This document shows, in pieces, positions 50,959 to 60,213 of a DNA stretch of 64,000 nt (the stretch's first letter is position 1; every line of letters begins with the position of its first letter). The translations under genes and the position numbers were made by a program. Where the stretch lies: the NCBI GenBank assembly GCA_965222225.1, contig CBDCTK010000002.1, positions 64,001 through 128,000 on the forward strand. The letters are read 5' to 3'. Below the pieces are notes generated by a model. It searched no databases. It had not been told where the DNA came from and was given only the letters and a program-made list of their open reading frames with translations. The stretch comes from Candidatus Poribacteria bacterium. GTDB taxonomy: Bacteria; Poribacteria; WGA-4E; JAJDTR01.

Positions 50959-52154
50959 ATGAACACTAATCAAATGACAAAGGTCGGCGTCGCTCTCGCA
51001 ATCATTGCCCTGATTGGAGGGCTTTCCGCATGCGATCAAGTCATTGGGATTTTATCTGATGGTGATACGCCACAGATGATGGATGTGGCGATTCCTCAGC
51101 TAACGGGAATAAGTGGAGAGATTGCCATTGGTGTCGTTAGTCCAGCCACTGGATCACTCGCCGGAGCTGGCGCACGGGCAGGCGGCGCCCTTGAGTTGGC
51201 TGTCGAAGAGATTAACAATGCACAGCTCGGCGATGCAAGACTTACGCTCATTTCCGAGGACGGTCAGAGCACTGTAGAAGGTGCAGTTGCAGCCTTCAAC
51301 AAACTAATTCATCAAGAGGGTGTGTCCGTTATCCTTGGGCCCGCCACCTCAAGTCAAGCCCAAGCCGTCTTTCCGATTGCACAGGAGAATCAGGTTGTGG
51401 CATTTAGCTCGACCTCAGCCGCCTCCGGTTTGAGCACGATAGGCGATTTTGTCTTCCGCGCCGGCCTCACCACAGATGTGCTGATTCCCAGCGGCGTCAA
51501 GGCGACTCATGCAAAACTCGGATACCGGAGTGTGGCGACAATGTACAATGAAAGCGAGCTGTACCCCACAGATAGCGACGAAGCATTGCAGGAAGCGCTT
51601 GCTGAGAACGGTGTCAAGGTGTTGGCGACTGAGACCTTTCAAAATGGGGATACCGACTTTTCCGCGCAACTGACGCGCATAAGGGAGTTGAGTCCTGACG
51701 CCGTCTTTGTGTCGGCATTACCACCAGAAAAACCTGGGATTATGATTCAAGGTAGACAGGTCGGCATTCCCACGGAGGTTCCATTTATTTTAGCCAGTTA
51801 AGCCTAGGCGCTGTGGAAAACGCAGGCGCCGCTGCTGAAGGGGCGATTACTCTTGCGAATTGGGCTAGCTCCGTACCCACCCCAGGGAATGAGGCCTTCG
51901 TCCAGAATTACGGAGCGAAATACGGTGTCGAACCGACGACCTTCGCCGCCTAGGGCTATGCCACGGCCTATATTCTAGCCCATGCGATTGCCAATGCGGG
52001 AGCCACCGATTCAACGGCTATTCGTGACACATTGGCGCAGACAAAGGAGCTTGATACCGTTCTGGGCAAGTTTTCCTTTGACGCCGTTGGAGATGCGGTT
52101 TATGCCCCGACCATTCTCATTGTCGAGCACGGCAAATTCGAGGTTTTCGAGTAA
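50959..52154 (+). pseudogene. LivJ-like lipoprotein pseudogene (frameshift at about 51795, TAG at 51951)
   Basis: Homology continues in another frame to ...VEHGKFEVFE*. Confidence 0.82.
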
Positions 52155-52256
52155 TAGGTTATCCGTTGTAACACGTGCTTAGTTCAAGGACTGGTTTCTT
52201 GGGGCCTTCGCTAAAAACGACGAAAACTGACAACGCACTAGTGGTGCTGAGATCTC

Positions 52257-52284
52257 GTAGGGAATAAAGATCGTTATTCCCTAC
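52257..52284. repeat. GTAG...CTAC palindromic REP
   Basis: GTAGGGAATAA-AGATCG-TTATTCCCTAC. Confidence 0.8.
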
Positions 52285-52331
52285 AAAATCGCCATCATTT
52301 GCAACCGAAAATAAGGAGATTGAACATCAAA

Positions 52332-53504
52332 ATGAGTCAAATGACAAGATTCTCGTTTATATTTGTAATTGCCGCACTGATTGTGGGATTTTCTGCGTGC
52401 GATGAGTTGGTTTCAATTTTGTCTGGTGGGGATGCTCCTCAAGTGGAAGGTGTTAGTGGCGAGAATCCTGTTGGTCTCGTATACCCTGTCACGGGACGGC
52501 TAGCCACCTTCGCCCTGCCCATATACCGAGGCTTTGAGTTGGCTCTTGAAGAGATTAACTACGCACAACTCGGCGATGCGAGAATCAAGTTCATCGTCGA
52601 GGATGATCTCAGTACCATAGAGGGGGCAGCTGAAGCCTACCGAAAACTGATTGAACAGGATAATGTCCCGGTTATTTTCGGTCCGACGACATCAGGGCAG
52701 GCCGAAGCAGCGTTTCCAATTGCCCAGCGGAATCAGGTGGTCGCTTTTAGTTCCTCTTCAAACCAAGCTGGCTTAAGTGCGCTCGGCGATTTTCTCTTTC
52801 GCGCGGGCCTTACGACAGATAAGCTGATTCCTGGAGGCGTCCGAGCAATTCATGCAAAACTCGGATATCAACGAGTGGCAATAATATACGATGAGAATGA
52901 CACCTACTCCATTGATAGCCACGAGAATTTTCGGGAAACACTCACCGAGCTCGGCATCACGATTTTAGCAACAGAGACCTTCAAGAGTAGTGACAAAGAT
53001 GGCGAACCCGACTTCTCTACCCAATTGACTCGGATAATGGCGGATAATCCCCAAGCAATTTTTGTCGCGGCTCAGTCGCCGGAGCTGACCAAGATTCAGA
53101 TTCAGGGTCGTCAACTTGGCATTCCATCTGAGGTTCCCTATATTACCAGTCTTATAAGCGACATACCAAATGCAGGCACAGCCGCCGAGGGGGCTATATC
53201 TTTCGCGGGATGGATTGCCACGGCGGATACTCCAGGCAACCAAGCCTTTGTTGAAAAGTACCGTGCGAGGTACGGCAGCGATCCAAACGCTTGGACCGCA
53301 CAATCGTATGCCGCAGTCTATATACTAGCTGAAGCCATCGCAAGAGCCCAATCCACTGACCCGTCCGCGATACGGATTGCCTTGGCGGACATCAGAGATT
53401 TTGACACCGTGTTGGGTAAATTCTCCTTTGACGACGTTGGAGATGCGGTCTACGACCCGATTGTACTGATTGTCGAAGACGGTGCGTTCAAGATTTTTGA
53501 ATAA
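52332..53504 (+). CDS. LivJ-like substrate-binding lipoprotein
   Basis: FSAC-DEL lipobox; start at MSQMTRF after AAGGAG. Confidence 0.9.
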   Translation: MSQMTRFSFIFVIAALIVGFSACDELVSILSGGDAPQVEGVSGENPVGLVYPVTGRLATFALPIYRGFELALEEINYAQLGDARIKFIVEDDLSTIEGAAEAYRKLIEQDNVPVIFGPTTSGQAEAAFPIAQRNQVVAFSSSSNQAGLSALGDFLFRAGLTTDKLIPGGVRAIHAKLGYQRVAIIYDENDTYSIDSHENFRETLTELGITILATETFKSSDKDGEPDFSTQLTRIMADNPQAIFVAAQSPELTKIQIQGRQLGIPSEVPYITSLISDIPNAGTAAEGAISFAGWIATADTPGNQAFVEKYRARYGSDPNAWTAQSYAAVYILAEAIARAQSTDPSAIRIALADIRDFDTVLGKFSFDDVGDAVYDPIVLIVEDGAFKIFE

Positions 53505-53517
53505 AAGTCAATGCGTG

Positions 53518-53713
53518 GTAGGGTGGCTGCTACCCGCCAGCAAACAGGGGTGCGCGGTGTACGCTCTACATCTGTTTAATGTACTACGGTATGTGGTTTA
53601 ATCACGTACTCGTTGTTATCTCACTATTCAGTTGTTATACTATTTCCCTATATTTACGGTGCATTAGTAGCGTCAATCAGGTTTTTCAATGCGGGGCAGG
53701 ATGCCCCGACTAC
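53518..53713. repeat. REP doublet (53518-53569) and a reverse REP (53691-53713)
   Basis: GTAGGGTGG...CCCGCC, GGTGCGCGGTGTACGCTCTAC and GCGGGGCAGGATGCCCCGACTAC. Confidence 0.7.
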
Positions 53714-53756
53714 TAGCTACTAACTGCTCTGTAAGGAACAATAAAGGAGATTCAAC

Positions 53757-55265
53757 ATGAATGAAAGTCGAATTAAAGCGTTCGCGTCTGTACTAGCGAT
53801 TGCCGCTCTGATTGTAGGGATTTCTGCCTGTGACGAGATAGTGGCAATTTTATCCGGTGGCGAAGTGCCTCAGATGGACAGCATGGATGGTGAAATTTCA
53901 ATTGGCGTTGTATTGCCTCAAACGGGGGTTCTCGGTCCAGGCGAGTTCGGTCCGGGTGCACTGGTTATGGAAAATGCCTTTAAGATGGCTCTTGAAGAGG
54001 TCAATAACTTGAAGAGCATGGGAACGCAACTTGAGTTCATCATTGAAGACGATCGGAGCACTGTAGAGGGAGCGGTCGAGGCGTTCAATAAACTTATCCA
54101 CCAAGACAAAGTCCCCGTAATCCTCGGTGTATGGACATCGGAAGTTGCTCAATCCGTCTTTCCTATCGCGCAAGAGAATCAGGTCGTGGCTTTTAGTCCG
54201 GTTGTGCTCGGTGGCGGCTTGACGGAGATTGGTGACTTCGTCTTTCGGGCGGGGCAGCCCACAGACGTGTTAATCCCTGAAGGGGTTAGAGTCACTCGGG
54301 AAAAACTCGGGTATCAACAAGTTGCGACGATAGCTGATTCGGCTGATTTTGCCTCACGGAACAGTGATAAGGTGTTTCGGCAAACGCTCACTGACCATGG
54401 TGTCAAGATTCTCGAAACAGAAATCTTTGAGACCGGTGAGACAAACTTTCTCCCGCAATTGAATCGGATAAAGACCTCTAATCCGGACGCGATTTTTGTC
54501 TCTGCTCAGCAGATAGAGCTAATCAAGATTCTTACCCAAGCTCGCCAGCTTGGAATCCCGTTTGATGTCCCATTTATCAATTTGGTGCTGTCGGCAGATG
54601 ACATCGGAAGCACTGGTGAAGCCGCCGAGGGCACAATTACAATTGCCTCCTGGGTCAGCACGGCGGATTCGCCGGGCAATCAAGCCTTTGTTAAGAATTA
54701 CAAGTCTAAATACGGTCTGCAACCCAGCATTTGGGCTGCGCTTTCATATGCCTCCGTGCATATCCTAGCCGAGGCGATTGTGAACGCCGAATCGACCGAT
54801 TCGGTGGCGATTCGAAACGCACTGGCAAATATCAGCGATTTTGACACGATTTTAGGAAAGTTTGCTTTTGACGCGGTCGGGGACGGTGATTACGCCCCGA
54901 TTGTACTCATCGTCAAAAACGGGAAATTCGAGGTTTTCGGAGGCGATGATACTGTTGATTCGACAACACACATCATTGACGACCTCCCAATTCAGACGGT
55001 CTCGGTAGCAATTCTTGAGAGCTTTCCGCCTCAGGTAAATCTTGAAGTCGAGGGATACCTTGCCGATAGTTGCACGACGCTCCATGAAACTACAGAACGC
55101 CGCGAAGGGGCCACAATTCACGTTCAGGTTACAACCAAACGTCCTATTGACTTGGCGTGCGCCACTGTAATCACTGAAATCGAACATACCGTCCCGCTTG
55201 GATCCTTTGACCCTGGGATGTACAAGGTGATTGTCAACGATGTCGAGGTTGAATTTGAGATCTAG
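53757..55265 (+). CDS. LivJ-like lipoprotein with an extra C-terminal domain of about 95 aa
   Basis: ISAC-DEI lipobox; tail ILESFPPQV...GYLADSC...ACATVI...GMYKVIVN. Confidence 0.9.
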   Translation: MNESRIKAFASVLAIAALIVGISACDEIVAILSGGEVPQMDSMDGEISIGVVLPQTGVLGPGEFGPGALVMENAFKMALEEVNNLKSMGTQLEFIIEDDRSTVEGAVEAFNKLIHQDKVPVILGVWTSEVAQSVFPIAQENQVVAFSPVVLGGGLTEIGDFVFRAGQPTDVLIPEGVRVTREKLGYQQVATIADSADFASRNSDKVFRQTLTDHGVKILETEIFETGETNFLPQLNRIKTSNPDAIFVSAQQIELIKILTQARQLGIPFDVPFINLVLSADDIGSTGEAAEGTITIASWVSTADSPGNQAFVKNYKSKYGLQPSIWAALSYASVHILAEAIVNAESTDSVAIRNALANISDFDTILGKFAFDAVGDGDYAPIVLIVKNGKFEVFGGDDTVDSTTHIIDDLPIQTVSVAILESFPPQVNLEVEGYLADSCTTLHETTERREGATIHVQVTTKRPIDLACATVITEIEHTVPLGSFDPGMYKVIVNDVEVEFEI

Positions 55266-55536
55266 TGCGCGGCTATCAAATCTAAGCAATCAAGAAGGGG
55301 GGAAGAGAAGGAAGTCTATTCCCCCTTTCAATCGTGACAATAGAGATTAAGTTCAATAGCCTCGCAAAATAGGTTGACAATTCCTGCAGTTGTATAAGAT
55401 AATACGCATGAACTGAGTTATTGCGTCGAGAAATTAGTGGAATGGTAGTCAAAAAGCGATTTATCTGCCGCGAGATTTGAATTTGAGTGTTATCATCTTG
55501 AGTAACAACAAAAACCAACGCAAAACAGAGAGGTTT

Positions 55537-56196
55537 ATGATGAACGCGAGTCGAGTCACGAAATTTGCATTCCTCTTGGCGGTTGCTACACTAGTTGTGG
55601 GGCTTTCAGCATGTGACCAATTGGTTTCAATTCTAACTTCTGGCGATATGCCTGATGGTGAGATACCAGATGAAATGGGAATGATGACCGGGCTACCGAT
55701 GGGCATTGCTATGTACAGGTCCTGGACCAGTACCGAGCTTGAAGCCCCGCCTGCAACGTTCACAAGGCCAGAGGACAGTGGCGTTGCACACGGCGCGGGA
55801 ATCAGGACTGTTTATATCAATGCACCGGGGGTCTCGACGCTCCAAGACATGAGCGCAGAAACCTTCCCTAACGGTACCACGATTGTTAAAGATATCATGG
55901 ACAACACCAACTCATTCCTTTGGCGAGTCGCGGTCATGTGGAAGCTGGACGATATGGCGTACGCTGACCACAACGGCTGGAAGTATGTCCAGTACCAGCG
56001 GGAGACCGAGGCTTCGGACTTAATGGCAGTTGCTGGCGATGGCACCGAGCGCGGCAGCAACGGGTGCCACGCTTGCCACTCTAAGGTGAATACGGAGGAC
56101 GTGCCGGGCAAAGATAGTGTCTTCGTCCAACTCCCGATGCCCGGTGACGGCATGGCTGATGATGGCATGACAGACGATGGAGATGGTTCCAACTAG
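55537..56196 (+). CDS. Cytochrome P460-family lipoprotein
   Basis: LSAC-DQL lipobox; RTVYIN, FPNGTTIVKD, VAVMWK, GWKY, C-terminal CHACH; DDGM tail. Confidence 0.78.
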   Translation: MMNASRVTKFAFLLAVATLVVGLSACDQLVSILTSGDMPDGEIPDEMGMMTGLPMGIAMYRSWTSTELEAPPATFTRPEDSGVAHGAGIRTVYINAPGVSTLQDMSAETFPNGTTIVKDIMDNTNSFLWRVAVMWKLDDMAYADHNGWKYVQYQRETEASDLMAVAGDGTERGSNGCHACHSKVNTEDVPGKDSVFVQLPMPGDGMADDGMTDDGDGSN

Positions 56197-56380
56197 TAGC
56201 AGACCGTAGTCCGAATGATGAGCCACCTGAGGCGAGAGATTTTACTCAAGAGCCGTCATGTGAGGTGCAATCTTAAAACCAACTGACGGAGCTGGCTGGC
56301 TTGCCGTTGTATAGTAACCGCAAATTGGGTCGGAAGGAATTTACGACTCAGTCTGCATCAAACTTTTGTGAGTTCTGCAA

Positions 56381-56441
56381 TTGCCAAATTTCGCGTGGTG
56401 ACTGGATTTGTTTTCCCAGTATCCGTGAGGTGGGTTTTTTT
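56381..56441 (+). terminator. Long hairpin plus U-tract (paralogous to 58205 and 59110)
   Basis: GCCAAATTTCGCG...CGTGAGGTGGGTTTTTTT. Confidence 0.55.
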
Positions 56442-56878
56442 ATTCTCTGCGACGAGTCGAAAAGGATTTTACCCCAGGCACCGCCCACTTTGGCTCGTGT
56501 CCTGCTAATCATTTCACGCAGGATTGTGATTTGCTTACCGTAGCTGTGAGAGATGCCGTGTTGGCGCCCAAAATGTGTAGGTTCGTTGCGGTTTCCTCAT
56601 TCAACCATCGCGTTGTCAGAGAGGGACTGCAGGCTCTTGGTCGGCGCATCTCCCTGCGATGCGGATTCGGTGTAATACTACTTTACAATTCCTCTAATTT
56701 TTTAGGATAATACGTTTAGCGCCGAAAGGCATGTTAAAGCAACTAAAAGATGATTTATTGGCGTCAAGGGAGACAGACTTTACCACACGAGACTTTAATT
56801 CATGTGGTTAGAAGTTACAACTTGAGTTATGTCATTTGAGATAACAATGCAAAGCAGCGATTAGTAAGGAGATTTAAC

Positions 56879-58135
56879 ATGAACATGAGTCGGATCACAA
56901 GATTCGTATTCGTCTTGGCGGTTGCGGTAATGATTATGGGGTTTTCCGCCTGCGATCAGTTGGTCTCAATTCTAACGTCTGGCGATATGCCAGAGCCGCC
57001 TGAGGTCGGGGTTACCGTTGGGGTGGTCTTGCCTTTGTCAGGGCAATATGCCGCCTTGTACGGACATTCAATGCTAAATGGCTTTGAGTTGGCGCGGAAT
57101 GAGATTAATAGTTCTCAAGTCGGTGCTCCGGGGATTGCCTTCATCACTGCTGACGATGAGGCTACCGTAGACGGAGCAAAGGCGGCATTCAAAAAATTGA
57201 TTGAGCAAGACGGTGTCCCTGTAATCTTGGGTCCCGGATTCTCCAGTCAGGCGAGAGAAACCTTTCCTATTGCCACCGAGAACGGCGTTGTGGCATTTAG
57301 CTCGATTTCGTCGGCGTCCGGTATAAACATGGCGGGCGATGCCAACTTCCGCGCCGGCTTAATCACCTCCCGGTTGAACCCTCCCGGCGTCAGGGCGACC
57401 CACACGGCCTTACGTTACCAGAACGTGGCTACAATGTATGATGAAGCCGATACCTATTCCACAATCGGACACGGCGATTTGACAGGAGCTCTCACGGCAT
57501 TGGGTGTCGAAATACTTACGACGGAGACCTTTACTGGCGGCAGCACCGACTTCTCAGCCCAACTGACGCGAATCAAGGACTTAAACCCTGATGCCATCTT
57601 TGTCTCAGCCTTATCGGCAGAAATGGACGATATTCTGATGAAAGGTAGAGAACTCGGCATCCCCTATTCGGTTCCGTTCATCATTCCGGAACTGTGGAAT
57701 ACCGAAGCCGCCGCCGCCGGGGAAGCAGCGGAGGGGACGATTTCCTTCAATGGGTGGTCGAACTTTGCCTCCACTCCGGGCAATCATGCCTTCATCGAAA
57801 ATTATCTAGCAGCTTACGGTACTGATCCTGATCCGTGGGCGGCGCAGTCTTATGCAACGCTGCATATTCTTGATGAGGCGGGTACCCGAGCCGGGTCAGC
57901 CGACCCAGTGGCAATCGCGGAGGCATTGAGAGGAATAAGCGGCCTCGACACGATTTTGGGAAGTTTCTCGTTTGACAAGAACGGCGACGCAATCTATGAA
58001 CCGTTCGTTCACATTGTCAAGAATGGCAAACTTGAGCCATTTGACGGTAGCGAGATGTCCTCAGGCGATGATACAACGGGCGATGGCATGATAGATGACG
58101 ATATGTCCTCAGACGACGGAGACGGTTCCAACTAA
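56879..58135 (+). CDS. LivJ-like lipoprotein with an acidic DDGM tail
   Basis: FSAC-DQL lipobox; ends DDGDGSN. Confidence 0.9.
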   Translation: MNMSRITRFVFVLAVAVMIMGFSACDQLVSILTSGDMPEPPEVGVTVGVVLPLSGQYAALYGHSMLNGFELARNEINSSQVGAPGIAFITADDEATVDGAKAAFKKLIEQDGVPVILGPGFSSQARETFPIATENGVVAFSSISSASGINMAGDANFRAGLITSRLNPPGVRATHTALRYQNVATMYDEADTYSTIGHGDLTGALTALGVEILTTETFTGGSTDFSAQLTRIKDLNPDAIFVSALSAEMDDILMKGRELGIPYSVPFIIPELWNTEAAAAGEAAEGTISFNGWSNFASTPGNHAFIENYLAAYGTDPDPWAAQSYATLHILDEAGTRAGSADPVAIAEALRGISGLDTILGSFSFDKNGDAIYEPFVHIVKNGKLEPFDGSEMSSGDDTTGDGMIDDDMSSDDGDGSN

Positions 58136-58204
58136 TGAAAACTCTTAGTTAGGAAGCGAGTGAAGAGCTGACCGCCAATTCAACATTGGTTTGGGTCATA
58201 TACT

Positions 58205-58261
58205 GCCCAATTCGCTGGCGCTTAGGATTGATTTTCCGATTGTCGCGAATCGGGCTTTTTT
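58205..58261 (+). terminator. Long hairpin plus U-tract
   Basis: GCCCAATTCGC...GCGAATCGGGC-TTTTTT. Confidence 0.7.
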
Positions 58262-58419
58262 ATGCTCATGAGAATCAAAGGCTTTTATCCCTAGTTCGTA
58301 GCTGCCAAATTATGGCGCGTAGATTGGATACCTGCTTTCAGAAGCACAGGGCGAGGCAAAAAACGCCGTTCCGCCTTAAAATTTAGGTGCGATTGTCCTG
58401 AATTTACCTCTAAAATAGC

Positions 58420-58448
58420 TTGACAACGTTCTTATGTTTTGGCACAAT
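58420..58448 (+). promoter_or_regulatory. Putative sigma70 promoter
   Basis: TTGACA-17 bp-CACAAT with an extended -10 TG. Confidence 0.5.
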
Positions 58449-58579
58449 TAATAAAGGTGTTGCGTAACTCAAAGGACAGCAACAATCAACCACTGTCCAT
58501 GCAGAATTCAGTTTTTTGGGTGTGCCTTTGACCAGAGTTTTATCACCTTAAACAACAATAAAGGAGATTTACTACAAAT

Positions 58580-58933
58580 ATGAATCAAATCAAGAGATTC
58601 GCACTTGTCTGTATGATTGTAACGCTTGTTGTGGGGCTTTCAGCCTGCGATGAGCTGGTCTCAATCTTGTCTACTAGCGATCTGCCTCAGATGGTAGATG
58701 ATGGTATGACCGACGACGGCACGACCGATGATGGCATGGTAGATGATGGTACGACCGACGATGGCACGACCGACGATGGCATGGTAGATGATGGTATGAC
58801 CGACGATGGCACGACCGATGATGGCATGGTAGATGACGGTATGACCGATGATGGCATGACGAACGACGGGATGGCTGACGACGATACGTCTGATGACGGT
58901 ATGTCTTCAGACAACGGAAATGGTTCCAACTGA
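58580..58933 (+). CDS. Small lipoprotein composed of Asp/Met-rich pentapeptide repeats
   Basis: AAGGAG RBS, LSAC-DEL lipobox, about 14 DDG[MT][TV] units. Confidence 0.85.
   Translation: MNQIKRFALVCMIVTLVVGLSACDELVSILSTSDLPQMVDDGMTDDGTTDDGMVDDGTTDDGTTDDGMVDDGMTDDGTTDDGMVDDGMTDDGMTNDGMADDDTSDDGMSSDNGNGSN
58697..58906 (+). repeat. Coding 15-bp tandem repeat, about 14 units, with a 45-bp higher-order period
   Basis: GAYGAYGGYAYG(ACC/GTA) units; DDGMV recurs every third unit. Confidence 0.9.
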
Positions 58934-59109
58934 TGGGAAACCCAAATCAGAAGGATGAGACACCTCAGATGGAGAAACTCGTTTGAGAAGTCGTCTTGCG
59001 TCTAGTGCGGATTCAAATTCCGTGGCGTTTGACCCATGGCAGCCATGGATTGAGTTCGAAAAGGCCAAGAGTTGTACATCTACTAAACCTTGGTTTAAGT
59101 AATTACAAT

Positions 59110-59170
59110 GCCCGATTCCGTTTGGCGATTGGATTTAAATCTTTCCACTTGCCGCGAATCGGGCTTTTTT
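59110..59170 (+). terminator. Long hairpin plus U-tract
   Basis: GCCCGATTC...GAATCGGGC-TTTTTT. Confidence 0.75.
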
Positions 59171-59197
59171 ATGTCTAATTCCGATGCGTTGCTCCCC

Positions 59198-60097
59198 TCA
59201 TTTGCCCAAACTCGCTGGCGGTTTCGATTTTCCGATGACGCCGACAAGAACTACCATGGTCAACAAATAGGGCAGACACTGTAACAGTTGGGACGGGATT
59301 TGCCAACGGTTTGCCAGTTCCAGCGCGTTTGTAAATCCGAACAGCACACATCCCATCACCATTCTATACGGGCTCCAATTTCCAAAAATCACCGCCGCAA
59401 GAGCGACGTATCCTCGTCCGGCGGGCATTCCCTTCGTGAAATAATGCGCTTCAGACGCGAGAAAACAGCCGCCTAGCCCGGCGAACACGCCGCTTGCCGT
59501 CACTCCGACATACTGCCACCATGCGCGACTGAGACCGAGCGTGTTTAATGCTTCAGTCGATTCCCCTGCCGCTCGCAGTCGTAAACCCCACGGTGTGTTA
59601 AAAAGGAAGACATGACTCCCAACCATGAGAAGAAGCGTAAGATGGACTAGACACGAATAACTTCCAATGAACGGTAAGTTCCACTGGTTTGTCCCTTCTA
59701 CTCGCATTGACGTAGCATTACGGCTAAGAAACTCTGTGATACCGATCGCCAAGAAGTTTATCGCAATGCCACTAACGATTTGATCCGCTTGAAATGAAAT
59801 GGATGCTATTGCGTGGACCAAGGCAATGAAAGTACCGCAGCAAATTCCGACAATCAGGCCAATCCAAGTAGAGTCAGACGCACCAGTGCCGATGACATAT
59901 CCAAAGGCGCTCACTAACATAATTCCTTCAAGGGCGATATTGACGACGCCAGAGCGTTCGGAGAAGATGCCACCGAGACCTGCTAAGGTCAATGGTGTTG
60001 ACATACGAATTGCGATTGGAATGAGTTCAGAGATTATTGTGCTGGCCTCCTCGGGTTGCCTTCCAAACACTAATAGGAGCCCGGGGTTGTCGCGCAT
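59198..60097 (-). CDS. Nucleoside/BMP-type ABC transporter permease (YufQ/NupC-like); start uncertain
   Basis: SERSGVVNIALEG, DQIVSG.AIN, GLRLRAAGE, GRGYVALAAVIFGNW, LPYLLT. Confidence 0.85.
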   Translation of the reverse strand: MRDNPGLLLVFGRQPEEASTIISELIPIAIRMSTPLTLAGLGGIFSERSGVVNIALEGIMLVSAFGYVIGTGASDSTWIGLIVGICCGTFIALVHAIASISFQADQIVSGIAINFLAIGITEFLSRNATSMRVEGTNQWNLPFIGSYSCLVHLTLLLMVGSHVFLFNTPWGLRLRAAGESTEALNTLGLSRAWWQYVGVTASGVFAGLGGCFLASEAHYFTKGMPAGRGYVALAAVIFGNWSPYRMVMGCVLFGFTNALELANRWQIPSQLLQCLPYLLTMVVLVGVIGKSKPPASLGK

Positions 60098-60213
60098 CGC
60101 TAGTGGAAGACTTCGGTTTTAACCGATTCGGTTGTACAGTTTTCAGGCACCGGTGTTTCAGGTTTTCAAGTTTTCGCAGCCGTTCACGCTACCTTACTCC
60201 AAGCATCGCTTCG

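Noticed and set aside
39515-51953. Stop-to-Gln recoding (TAA 39515, TAG 49235 and TAG 51951 all align to Gln)
   Set aside because: The same genes also carry deletions or frameshifts, and TAG/TAA end many intact genes. Simple C>T decay explains them; only one lies in a CCAGG context, too few to link to the methyltransferase.
11881-58933. Diversity-generating retroelement acting on the paralogue arrays
   Set aside because: No reverse transcriptase, and no adenine-specific template/variable repeat pair was seen.
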